A DNA stretch of 64,000 bases from Candidatus Spongiisociaceae bacterium. GTDB lineage: Bacteria; Actinomycetota; Acidimicrobiia; Spongiisociales; Spongiisociaceae. Shown piece by piece: positions 18,511 to 27,200 of this stretch. The notes below the pieces were generated by a model. It searched no databases. It was not told the origin of the DNA and saw only the letters and a list, made by a program, of their open reading frames with translations. The position numbers and the translations under genes were made by a program. The stretch spans positions 1,696,001 through 1,760,000 of the forward strand of contig CBDCOH010000002.1 in assembly GCA_965219685.1 (NCBI GenBank). Direction: 5' to 3'. Positions within the stretch are counted from its first letter, which is position 1. Each line of letters begins with the position of its first letter.

Positions 18511-19446
18511 CTACCGGTCCTCTCGGGTCTGAGTTGCTTGCCCGCGGGCCTCCCTCGTACGGAGAAGGTCCTTCGTCACCACCGCGGCCACCACCAGGCC
18601 TCCCCCGAGGATGATCCCGGGCTGTAGCTGCTCGTCCAGCACCACGACACCGGTGAAGACCGCGACGAGCGGGATGATGTAGGAGATGATCGTGGAGTAC
18701 GTAACGGTGACGTGACGGATCAGGAAGTAGAACAGACCGAGCGGAACCAACGATCCGACGGTACCCACGTACAGGAGACTGAGCCCGCCGACCCGCGTCA
18801 GCGCATCCGGAATACCTTCCACGAGCACCGCGGAGAGGGTCAACCCGGCAGCACCCAGCCCGAGTTGCACCCCGGTCACTCCCATTACCGAGTACTGGCC
18901 GGAGTACCGCTTGGCGAACACCGCCGCGAGCGCAATCGATGTGACTCTGATCATCGAGAAGGCTCCGGCAAGCCGAGGGTTGCCTCCCTCGGCTATACCC
19001 GAATCCCCGCCCAACACGAGTATCCCCGCACCTCCAAGCCCGAGAAGCAACCCGACCACGGTGCTCAGCCTGATCCGCTCATCCGCCAGCATGAAGTGCG
19101 CGAACACCACAGTGACGATGGGGATCAGGACGTTCACGAGGATCACGAAACCGGCCGAGGCATGCTGGAGCGCCAAGTTGCGGGTCTGGGAAGGGATCAG
19201 CACGCTCAACACCGCCAGGACTGCACCGATGCGGAGTTCGTTGCGTCCGATGAGGTTGGGCCGCCGCAACACGAGCATCATGATGAGCATCCCGAAGGCT
19301 GCGATCAGCGACCCGGCGGCGCCTATGGTGATCGGGCCCAGTCCTTCCCGCAGAGCGATCCGTACCACCACCGGCGACGTTCCCCAGCAGAAACTTATGA
19401 CCAGCACCACCGCCCAAATACGACGGTCCGTCATCTGCAAGGCCAT
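18511..19446 (-). CDS. EamA/DMT-family transporter
   Basis: About 10 TM segments, WGTS, L.DER, YIIP.VAV..G...LDE. Confidence 0.88.
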   Translation of the reverse strand: MALQMTDRRIWAVVLVISFCWGTSPVVVRIALREGLGPITIGAAGSLIAAFGMLIMMLVLRRPNLIGRNELRIGAVLAVLSVLIPSQTRNLALQHASAGFVILVNVLIPIVTVVFAHFMLADERIRLSTVVGLLLGLGGAGILVLGGDSGIAEGGNPRLAGAFSMIRVTSIALAAVFAKRYSGQYSVMGVTGVQLGLGAAGLTLSAVLVEGIPDALTRVGGLSLLYVGTVGSLVPLGLFYFLIRHVTVTYSTIISYIIPLVAVFTGVVVLDEQLQPGIILGGGLVVAAVVTKDLLRTREARGQATQTREDR

Positions 19447-19568
19447 GACATCCCTACCGTTCGGAGGGCCGGCACCGTGAATTCCCCAGCTCGATACGCC
19501 TTGGCGACCGCGGGCTTCCGGAACCGGTGGCGGGTGTTCAGCGGCCGCGAGGTTTCAGTTCGCGTACC

Positions 19569-20021
19569 TCACGCTCGGTACATCGCCACCCATTCGATGA
19601 TCTCGTCCACATCGGCCGACAGCTCCATCAGGCCGACGTGTTCGTCGTAGAGCTCGCCGTCGATCTGCTCCTTGATCTCCGGCTCCAGTACGTGATATAC
19701 GGGAAGTCCCAACGGGACTCCGGCCAAAGGACCCGCCCAGGTAGGATCGCCCCTCGTCACCGTCTCCGCGAAGAGACCGGCGCTGTTGGCGTCCGGTTGT
19801 CCCAGCAACACGACCATGTCGTCGGTGCCGGAGGTCTCGGCCAAGCGATTCACGTTCGCCTGATCCTCCAGGTCCATGGCGCCGCCCGCCGTTCAGACGA
19901 AGCACTGGGTGACGCTGAACACCACATCGGCGCCGGCCGACTCGGCCAGCAGCTTGAGGCTGGGTCCGTTGACCCCCTCCCGCTCGCCGATCGCCACCAC
20001 CCTCTTACCGTCCAGGTCCAT
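19569..20021 (-). CDS. grdA: Glycine/sarcosine/betaine reductase selenoprotein A (Sec at codon 43, TGA at 19893-19895)
   Basis: One frame reads MDLDGKRVVAIGEREGVNGP...TQCFV(TGA)TAGGAMDLEDQ...AETVTRGDPTWAGPLAGVPLGLPVYH, matching the GrdA CxxU signature; GGAGA RBS before ATG 20021. Confidence 0.93.
19859..19872 (-). promoter_or_regulatory. Putative bacterial SECIS apical hairpin
   Basis: CCUGG-AGGA-UCAGG starts 20 nt after the UGA and has a G-containing loop. Confidence 0.5.
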
Positions 20022-20139
20022 ATGCCGTTCTCCAATCATTCCGGAACCCGAGTACATGGCAGGGTACCGCAGACTCGAGCGGATCTACGAGGAACGACTG
20101 CGCCGAGGCCCTCCCCTGATCGAATCCGACCGGACGCGA

Positions 20140-20228
20140 GTGATGTGGAGGATGGTAAATGATCCGACCTACGGTAACTATCGATTGTCAACTATAGACT
20201 ACAGACCATCGACTAGGAACTAGTCTTA
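20140..20228 (+). mobile_element. MITE-like element, partial copy D (3' part)
   Basis: GATGGTAAATGATCCGA...ACTATAGACTAC...GACTAGGAACTAGTC matches the end of copy B; it abuts the TAA stop of the aspartic protease. Confidence 0.6.
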
Positions 20229-20651
20229 CAGCCTGAGCACCGCGGCGTCGGGTGATTCGGGCCGGGGACCGAGAGTCTGGTTCCGGCAGTCGGCGACCAG
20301 GTCGAGTTCCTCCATGACGATCTGGCCGATCAACGCTTCCGTGCCGGGCGGCGCCACGACGCAGCGAGCGAACGTCCACCGATCACCGATATACACGGTC
20401 AGGGAGCCGCCGATCGGTAGTTCACCACGCCTACCGTCCGCGTAGGCGACGGGAGCGCTACCGATGACCTCGACACCGAGCCGCTCTACGACATCCCCGG
20501 GGAGCGCGAGCATCACCGCTCCAGTGTCTGCCACGGCTGTGGCGGTGGTCCGGCGAACATCGGCATCCTTGAGCAGTCCCTGCTTGACCAGCTCGAGGTC
20601 TCCCACATTCTCCAGCCCGACCTCAACTGCGATCTCACCCATCGCTTCCAT
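20226..20651 (-). CDS. Clan AA (retropepsin-like) aspartic protease
   Basis: VADTGA..L.LP..V...LG, YADG, ALIG...ME..DL..D. Confidence 0.85.
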   Translation of the reverse strand: MEAMGEIAVEVGLENVGDLELVKQGLLKDADVRRTTATAVADTGAVMLALPGDVVERLGVEVIGSAPVAYADGRRGELPIGGSLTVYIGDRWTFARCVVAPPGTEALIGQIVMEELDLVADCRNQTLGPRPESPDAAVLRL

Positions 20652-20808
20652 CCATGTCCGCTTCCGACCCTATCCAGCTGCACGTACTCCCTGGCAGTGC
20701 GGTTTTCTAACTATCGTTGTCATATATAAACATGTATTTCATGCTTGTGGTATTGCTCATGTCTGCCCCGAATCCTCCGAAGCGGTGACTCGTTCTTGTC
20801 GCCACCGG

Positions 20809-22221
20809 TCACTCGACCACGAACGACACCCCATCCACCAGCTGCGTCATCCTCCCGAGGAACAGGCTGCCCTTGGCAACGATCATGGCCCTGTCCACCT
20901 CTCCCCTGCGCAGCGCCTGCTGTGCATGGCCCAGGTAAGGAACTCCGGCGGGGATATGGCCTTGCGTCGGTGCGAAACCGGGCATGCCGCGCTCGGATAC
21001 GAACCGGTCGATGTCTCCTCTGGGGATCTCGCCCCGCAGCACCGCCATGGCGGCCAATGTCCGGTAGTTGGTACGGGGAACGTCGCCGCTCCCTCCCGGT
21101 ACGGTGATCTCGGGGTTGTGCATCTCCACCGCATACCGATCGATGTCGGTCATCCCGAGGCCGGCCCGGACCAGCGGCTCGACCACCAACGCCTCGTAGA
21201 CGGCGCGCGGGGACGACCCGGCGCCGATCGGGTGCTTACCGGTCAGGTCGAGCCGCAGCCGCATGCCGTCTCCGTCGGCGGGGCCGACCAGGAAAGCCAT
21301 GGAGGCCAGGCAGTCCTCCATGACCGGTACGCCGTTGCGGAGGTGGGCGGCGAACTTCATGCCGAGTTTGGCCTGCGAACCGCCGCCCAGGACCAGGACG
21401 TAGTCGTACAGTCCCGCGGCGATCATCGCCCCGGCCGAGATCAAAGCATGGACCGGAGCGGCGCAGAAGGCCTTGACATCCGAACCGGTGGCGTTCACGC
21501 ATCCGACCACTTCCCCGACAGCCTTGGACAGGCTGCCGCCACCCCGCTGGTAGCGGTCCCCTACCGCCTCCTCACCGCTGTTGAGCAGGTAGTCGACCCG
21601 GGACGCCGCCAGGTTGCCCCTCCTCAGGAGATCGGAAACGACCAGGACCGCGGTAGCTTTGCAGACCAGGTTCTCGAGCAGAACCGGCGCCGACAGCGAC
21701 TCATCCTGCTCGTGGGCGGTACGGATGAACCCTGCCACGCGGCCCCCGTGGTATAGCCGGAGGCCGGTGCCACCGTCCACGACTGACCTCAACTCAGAGG
21801 GACCGACCCCGACTATCCGGTCGGTCCGGTGGGGGAAGTCACCGATCTCCGCCCTGGCCTGCGCAGCCAGTTCCTCATCGATGGTGAGCAGATCGAAGTC
21901 GTCGCACGACTTCATGAGGCCGTAGAGCGCGGCCTGGGTGATCATCCGCCCGAAGGATCCGGAGGGTCCGGCTGACGGAACCGGATTCCGGTACCAGGGC
22001 CGGGGGATGGAATCCAGTTGATCGGGCTGGAGGTTGCCGATGAAGACCTGGTTGGGAGGGTACCGGACCACCTCTTCCCAGGGTCGCAGGGCCTCGGTCA
22101 TCGAGGCAAGAAGCGACGGGTCCCTTTCGATCTCTCGGACGGGCTTCGATCCGTATCGCACGAGGTCGGGGGCGTGGGCCAGCGCGTAGGACGTGTTGAG
22201 GATGGCGGGTTCCCGTATCAA
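20809..22221 (-). CDS. grdC: Glycine/sarcosine/betaine reductase component C subunit beta (FabH-like fold)
   Basis: LAHAPD, LLENLVCKAT, EEA.GD.YQRGGG...KA.GE, ATGSD...FCAAP, AKLGM, E.HNPEIT.P.G.GDVP..NY, GFAPTQGHIP, KGSLFLGRMT...DG.SF; TTG start after GGAG. Confidence 0.9.
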   Translation of the reverse strand: MIREPAILNTSYALAHAPDLVRYGSKPVREIERDPSLLASMTEALRPWEEVVRYPPNQVFIGNLQPDQLDSIPRPWYRNPVPSAGPSGSFGRMITQAALYGLMKSCDDFDLLTIDEELAAQARAEIGDFPHRTDRIVGVGPSELRSVVDGGTGLRLYHGGRVAGFIRTAHEQDESLSAPVLLENLVCKATAVLVVSDLLRRGNLAASRVDYLLNSGEEAVGDRYQRGGGSLSKAVGEVVGCVNATGSDVKAFCAAPVHALISAGAMIAAGLYDYVLVLGGGSQAKLGMKFAAHLRNGVPVMEDCLASMAFLVGPADGDGMRLRLDLTGKHPIGAGSSPRAVYEALVVEPLVRAGLGMTDIDRYAVEMHNPEITVPGGSGDVPRTNYRTLAAMAVLRGEIPRGDIDRFVSERGMPGFAPTQGHIPAGVPYLGHAQQALRRGEVDRAMIVAKGSLFLGRMTQLVDGVSFVVE

Positions 22222-22334
22222 AGTGCAGTCTCCATGGTCACGGGACACGCCAATACACGGGTCCGCGGATACTCGGAGCCCGAAGGGTAGTGGCAGCCCG
22301 TGCAGGCACCGGCCGCCGCCGGATCGGCGATGCG

Positions 22335-22596
22335 CTAGATGACTAGTTCCTAGTCGGTAGTCTATAGTTTCTAGTTGGGGATCGGTGGTTAACGTTAATT
22401 CGGATCGTTTACCATCGTACATAGCACTGTTTGAGTCTCGCGTTTGCGCAGTGGGGTGGCTCTTCACGAAACGGCAGCCCGTAGTCCGAGTGTCCAGGAA
22501 CAGGGGCACACCAGTCACAGATGCGTTGTACAGCGTTGTGTAGCGATCGTAGAGTTCGGTCGTTTCCGGTCAGATCCCTTGGAACTACTCGTCTAG
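22335..22596 (-). mobile_element. MITE-like dispersed element, copy B
   Basis: Ends CTAGATGACTAGTTCC / GGAACTACTCGTCTAG (14/16 inverted match); body closely similar to 52145-52405; right CTAG overlaps the EamA stop codon. Confidence 0.8.
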
Positions 22597-23552
22597 GAGG
22601 CGGCTTCCTGCCTGGAATCGCGGATCCGTACCAGGTCGGTGACCACCACGCCGAGCAGGACCAGCACGCCACCCACGACAATGCCCGGCTGTATCTGCTC
22701 GTCCAGCACCAGCACACCACCGACCACGGCGACGAAAGGCACGATGTAGGCGGTGATCGCCGAATAGGTAACTGTGACGTGGCGAATGAGGAGGAAGTAG
22801 AGAGCCAGCGGGACGAGATTACCCATCAGCCCGACATACGCCACGCTCATGCCGCCCACCGACGAGAGGCTTCCAGGTGTCCCTTCGAATACCAAGGCCA
22901 GCAGCAACAGCACTGTACCCCCGAGAGCCAACTGAACTCCGGTGACCGCCAGCACCGAGTAGCGGCCCGCATACCGCTTGGCGTACACGGCTGCGAAGGC
23001 CACCGACACCACACTCGCCAGTGCCAACCCACCGGCCAGCGGTGGGTTTCCACCCCCGGCAATGCCCGAGTCGCCTCCGAGCAGCAGTACGGCCACCCCA
23101 CCGAGACCGAGGGTAAGCCCGAAGAGAACCGGTGCCTTGAGGCGCTCGTTCGAGAGCATGAAGTGAGCCACAGCCGCGGTGCAGAGCGGGATGAGAGCGC
23201 TCACCAGCGCCACGAATCCGGCGGAGGCGTTCGCCAGAGCCAGGTTGCGGGTCTGGTAAGGGAGCAGGATGGCCAGAATCGCCAGCGCCCCACCCACCCG
23301 CCACTCGAGCGGACCGAGCAGCCTCCCTGCGTGCAGACCACCGGTGAAGACCACGATCGCCAGCGCTGCGACCAACGAGGAACCCGACGCGACGGTGAGC
23401 GGCCCCAAGCCCTCCCGCAGGGCGACCCGGATCCCCACGGGTGACGTGCCCCATCCGAAGCTGATCACCAGCAGTAGTGCCCAGATCGCGTAGTTAGAGG
23501 AGAAGAACCTCGCTGCGTAGGAAGGTGCAGTCGGGCGGTGGCGAAGGATCAC
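22593..23552 (-). CDS. EamA/DMT-family transporter (paralog of 18511-19446)
   Basis: Shared segments WGTSPV..R.ALREGLGP, QTRNLAL..ASAGFV, GGDSGIA.GGNP, LIRHVTVTYS. Confidence 0.88.
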   Translation of the reverse strand: MILRHRPTAPSYAARFFSSNYAIWALLLVISFGWGTSPVGIRVALREGLGPLTVASGSSLVAALAIVVFTGGLHAGRLLGPLEWRVGGALAILAILLPYQTRNLALANASAGFVALVSALIPLCTAAVAHFMLSNERLKAPVLFGLTLGLGGVAVLLLGGDSGIAGGGNPPLAGGLALASVVSVAFAAVYAKRYAGRYSVLAVTGVQLALGGTVLLLLALVFEGTPGSLSSVGGMSVAYVGLMGNLVPLALYFLLIRHVTVTYSAITAYIVPFVAVVGGVLVLDEQIQPGIVVGGVLVLLGVVVTDLVRIRDSRQEAAS

Positions 23553-23643
23553 AGATCACCGGTACGGACCGGGCACGTCGGGGTGCCGTAGGCAACCGCC
23601 GACCTGGTGTCCCGACGGTCAGCCAAGGGGAACCCGGAGAAGC

Positions 23644-24015
23644 TCATCCACGAAACGCCGGACGTAGGGGATAGTCCTCCTGCCGGCCCGTATCGCCGGG
23701 CTGGATGACGAAGTCCCGCCGATCACGGTAGAGGCCGGCGCGGTTGAGCACGTAGTTGACCCCCGACTTCATGTCGTCCCAGTGGGTCATCAACCAGTAC
23801 TTGTGGTCTCCGATGAACAGATAGGTGTTGTTCATTCGGAAGAAGCGGCCGGTCACGCCCTCGCCTGCGCGGAACCGCTCGCAGACCGCCTCGAGAAGCT
23901 CCTGCTGCCCGTCCTTCTCGGAGAGCACGTACTCGTGAGGCCAGGTCTCCCGGTAGGTAACCGCTTCCCGCCAGGGAGCACGGGAGATGAGGTCGGTCAA
24001 CGTGGATGCCGTCAC
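23644..24015 (-). CDS. Hypothetical protein
   Basis: Aromatic-rich, globular-looking ORF (APWREAVTYRETWPHEY...YL..GD.KYW.M); 4-nt overlap with the macro-domain gene. Confidence 0.65.
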   Translation of the reverse strand: MTASTLTDLISRAPWREAVTYRETWPHEYVLSEKDGQQELLEAVCERFRAGEGVTGRFFRMNNTYLFIGDHKYWLMTHWDDMKSGVNYVLNRAGLYRDRRDFVIQPGDTGRQEDYPLRPAFRG

Positions 24016-24575
24016 CTCGAGTCACTCCCTGTTGCCTGTCCGGCCGCGATCGCCCACTCCAAGCCCCGCCGGAATGCGTCTGCGGTCCGGCCGTCGTAGC
24101 CCACCAACCGGATCTCTTGCAACACGCCAGGATGCTGCTGGACCCATCGGATGCACTCCGAGGCTATCACCTCGGTAGCGGCCTCGATCGGATAGCCGAA
24201 CACCCCCGTCGAGATGGCCGGCATGGCCACTGTCTCAGCGCCGATCCGCGCCGAGGCGTCGAGAGCCGCCAGAACGGCCTCCCGCAGTAGAGCCGGGTTG
24301 TCCTGCCCCTCCCTGTAGCGGGGACCCACGACGTGCACGACCCATGTCGCCTGCAACCCGCCACCGACAGTGACCGCCGCTTCGCCGGGCGGGATCGGGC
24401 CGTGCTCCGCTACCCACCGGTCGGAGTCCGCCACGAACTCCTCACCTCCGACCGCCGCCAGAGCAGCCGCCAGCCCGCCGCCGTGACGGAGGTACTCGTT
24501 GGCAGCGTTGACGATCACATCGACGCATGCCGCCGTGAGGTCCCCCTGGGACACCTTGACTACCTGATCCTCCAA
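24012..24575 (-). CDS. Macro domain protein (ADP-ribose/O-acetyl-ADP-ribose hydrolase-like)
   Basis: GDLT...VD.IVNAAN..L.HGGG.A, VHVVGP, MPAISTGVFGYP; TTG start after GGAGAAGGA. Confidence 0.9.
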   Translation of the reverse strand: MEDQVVKVSQGDLTAACVDVIVNAANEYLRHGGGLAAALAAVGGEEFVADSDRWVAEHGPIPPGEAAVTVGGGLQATWVVHVVGPRYREGQDNPALLREAVLAALDASARIGAETVAMPAISTGVFGYPIEAATEVIASECIRWVQQHPGVLQEIRLVGYDGRTADAFRRGLEWAIAAGQATGSDSR

Positions 24576-24804
24576 CTGTCCTTCTCCTCCTCGTGTGTTG
24601 CGGCTCGATGTTCCACCACCGATCCGGACCTTACCGAGACCATGTGACACATCACGCGCGCAGCCTCTGCGATCTTCGCGGCCCGAACCGCCGCGGTGTG
24701 TCACGCGCCTCCGATCGCGGGTCCGGGCGCCAGGAACCGGGGCATCCGATGGGTAGGGTGATGGTCTGCATCAGCACGCCGAGACGGGAGTTGGGCGAGG
24801 CAGG

Positions 24805-26424
24805 ATGGCGAAGCGGCTCAAGTACTGGGGATGGGGATACGAAGGCCTAGGACTCTCGACCTCGGACCGGGATGCCCTGCTCCACACCCTCGCAACCGAG
24901 TACGGCGTCACCGCCAGGGGAACCGGGAAGATACCCGCTCTCGACGGTATGGCCCTTCCCCCTAGCCGTCTCGAACCGCCGGCACGCCTCGCATCCATTT
25001 GCACGCAGGAGCCGTACGAGCGGGTCCTGCACAGCTTCGGCCAGTCCCAGCCCGACTCGATCCGCATCTTCGCTGGTGACTTCGGCCACGCTCCCGATGT
25101 GGTCGCCTACCCGCGGGACGAGACCGACGTGGCGGCGCTGCTGGAGTGGGCGGGTGAGCGAGGGTCTGCACTGATTCCGTTCGGCGGCGGGTCGTCGGTG
25201 GTGGGCGGGGTGACACCGGACGTGGCTGACGGTTTCGCCGGAGTCGTCACCATGGACATGAGCCGCATGAACCGGGTTCTGGAGGTGGACACGCTGTCGC
25301 GGGCCGCGCGCATCCAGGGCGGGGCACGCGGACCCGAACTCGAGGCTGCGCTCAAACCCCACGGGGTGACGCTCCGCCACTTCCCCCAGTCCTTCCAGCA
25401 CTCCACCTTGGGAGGCTGGATCGCCACCCGGTCGGGCGGCCACTTCGCCACCCTCTACACCCACATCGACGACCTGGTCGAGAACGTATCCATGGTCACG
25501 CCCGCGGGCCGGATGGAGTCGCGGCGGCTGCCGGGGTCGGGAGCCGGTCCGAGTCCCGACCGCCTCGTCATCGGCTCCGAGGGTGCCCTGGGAATCATCA
25601 CCGAAGCCTGGGTGAGGGTACAGGGGCGGGTGAGGTTCAAGGCGACTGCCGGATTCCGGTTCCCGGACTTCATCCAGGCCGCCGGAGCGGTGCGGGCGAT
25701 CGCCCAAGCCGGCCTGTTCCCCGCCAACGTGAGAATCGTGGACGGGGTCGAACTGCACGTGAACGGCGCCGGGGATGGTTCGTTCACCCTGATGGTGGTT
25801 TCCTTCGAGTCCGCCGACCGCCCCGTCGACACGTGGATGGACCTCGCGGAGGAGTGCGCCCTGGATCAGGGCGGGGTGCCGGATGCCGACTGGCGGACCA
25901 ATCCGGACGCCCACCTGACCGGCGCCGCGGGCGCCTGGCGTGACGCCTTCATCAGAATGCCCTACAACCGGGAGGTCCTCACCCCGCTCGGCATCATCTC
26001 GGACACCTTCGAGTCGTCCATCACCTGGGACCGATTCGAGTCGTTCTACCGCAACGTCAGCCAGGCCACCCAGGATGTCATCCGCGAGGCGACCGGCCGG
26101 GAAGGCGCCGTGTCGTGCCGGTTCAGCCACGCCTATCCGGACGGTCCCGCCCCCTACTTCGCCTTCCACTGCGCCGCCGACCCGCGCTCGATGCTCGATC
26201 AATGGTGGGAGATCAAGCGCGCCGCCTCCGACGCCGTGCTCGACAACGGCGGCACCATCACCCACCACCACGCCGTCGGCCGCGATCACCAACCGTGGTA
26301 CGAGAAACAACGACCGCCGCTGTTCGGAGACGTCCTGGCCCGTGCCAAGACACACCTGGACCCGAAAGGAATCCTCAACCCCGGCGTGCTGCTACGTGGA
26401 CCCATGGCCGCAGTCGTTCCGTAG
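24805..26424 (+). CDS. FAD-binding oxidoreductase (alkyl-DHAP synthase-like, VAO family)
   Basis: PFGGGSSVVGG, HFPQSF..STLGGWIATRSGG, GSEG.LGIITE, ITHHHAVG, LDP.GILNPG. Confidence 0.9.
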   Translation: MAKRLKYWGWGYEGLGLSTSDRDALLHTLATEYGVTARGTGKIPALDGMALPPSRLEPPARLASICTQEPYERVLHSFGQSQPDSIRIFAGDFGHAPDVVAYPRDETDVAALLEWAGERGSALIPFGGGSSVVGGVTPDVADGFAGVVTMDMSRMNRVLEVDTLSRAARIQGGARGPELEAALKPHGVTLRHFPQSFQHSTLGGWIATRSGGHFATLYTHIDDLVENVSMVTPAGRMESRRLPGSGAGPSPDRLVIGSEGALGIITEAWVRVQGRVRFKATAGFRFPDFIQAAGAVRAIAQAGLFPANVRIVDGVELHVNGAGDGSFTLMVVSFESADRPVDTWMDLAEECALDQGGVPDADWRTNPDAHLTGAAGAWRDAFIRMPYNREVLTPLGIISDTFESSITWDRFESFYRNVSQATQDVIREATGREGAVSCRFSHAYPDGPAPYFAFHCAADPRSMLDQWWEIKRAASDAVLDNGGTITHHHAVGRDHQPWYEKQRPPLFGDVLARAKTHLDPKGILNPGVLLRGPMAAVVP

Positions 26425-26438
26425 GATTGAGAAACGCG

Positions 26439-27200
26439 CTACCGCTTAGCGTCGCCGGAGCATTGATTCTCGAATCCGGGACCCTGAGCGCGCCAGGTAC
26501 TCGTGTCCCAATTGAGGGCATAGTTGTCGTCCGCGATGTTCCTCGCGTAGGCTATTGATCCACAACTCTCACACTCCGCAGCAAACGTCCTCTGATGCTC
26601 GCTACTGCTAATGCGCGCTTCTCGGAACTGCCCGAGCCGATGACCCAGCTTTCCTGCTTTTGCTATGACATCGCCCGGAACGGGGCTAGGGACAGGCCTC
26701 TTAAGCGGCGTACGTGTCTTCGGCTTAGGAACCGCAATGCGTCGCACGCGTCGTCCCGAGGGAGCGGACGAAGATGGACTACCGGTCTTGACGGACCCAC
26801 GGGGTGTTGGTGCTGGAGGGTTGGTGCGAGCTCCCTGCGGCATGGAAGGCCTTGAGGAGGGAGACCGAGACCTCGAAGCGGGTTCAGTGTGGACAGGGGG
26901 ATCCGATTCAGTGTGGATAGGGGGATCCGGCTCGGTTCGCGGCACCGCAGGAGGAGAGTCCACCTGGGGCGGAATCGGAGTCGGCGCCGGTGCTTCGGAT
27001 CTCTTCTGGCCTACACCCGGCCGAAGCCGGAACAGTCGGCGAGCCCATGAAGAGCGGCTCTCGCCCCGACGCTTATCTCGTCGGGCACGGTCTCCACGCA
27101 CTCTGCGGGTCGGGCCTTCGAGACCTTGTTCCAACTCCTCCGGGGTTGGAACGTAGAACTCATCGGCCTGTCGACGGGGGTCCGTATCTGTCACAACCAC
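26439..27200 (-). CDS. Pro/Arg-rich hypothetical protein with C-terminal His/Cys (putative Zn) domain
   Basis: Overlaps the Hsp70 stop; C-terminus GHRLGQF...CESCG...C; internal 24-bp tandem repeat at 26883-26930. Confidence 0.6.
   Translation of the reverse strand: MVVTDTDPRRQADEFYVPTPEELEQGLEGPTRRVRGDRARRDKRRGESRSSWARRLFRLRPGVGQKRSEAPAPTPIPPQVDSPPAVPRTEPDPPIHTESDPPVHTEPASRSRSPSSRPSMPQGARTNPPAPTPRGSVKTGSPSSSAPSGRRVRRIAVPKPKTRTPLKRPVPSPVPGDVIAKAGKLGHRLGQFREARISSSEHQRTFAAECESCGSIAYARNIADDNYALNWDTSTWRAQGPGFENQCSGDAKR

Noticed and set aside
19569-20035. Two separate small ORFs or a grdA pseudogene
   Set aside because: The TGA falls exactly at the conserved Sec position and the frame is otherwise intact.
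22335-22596. Riboswitch explanation for the dispersed element
   Set aside because: Copies occur in both orientations relative to downstream genes and have TIRs; no known aptamer consensus is visible.
24643-24704. CRP/GlxR-like site in the divergent promoter region
   Set aside because: TGTGA and TCAC are separated by 4 nt rather than 6; the GTGACACA/TGTGTCAC inverted pair alone is not diagnostic.
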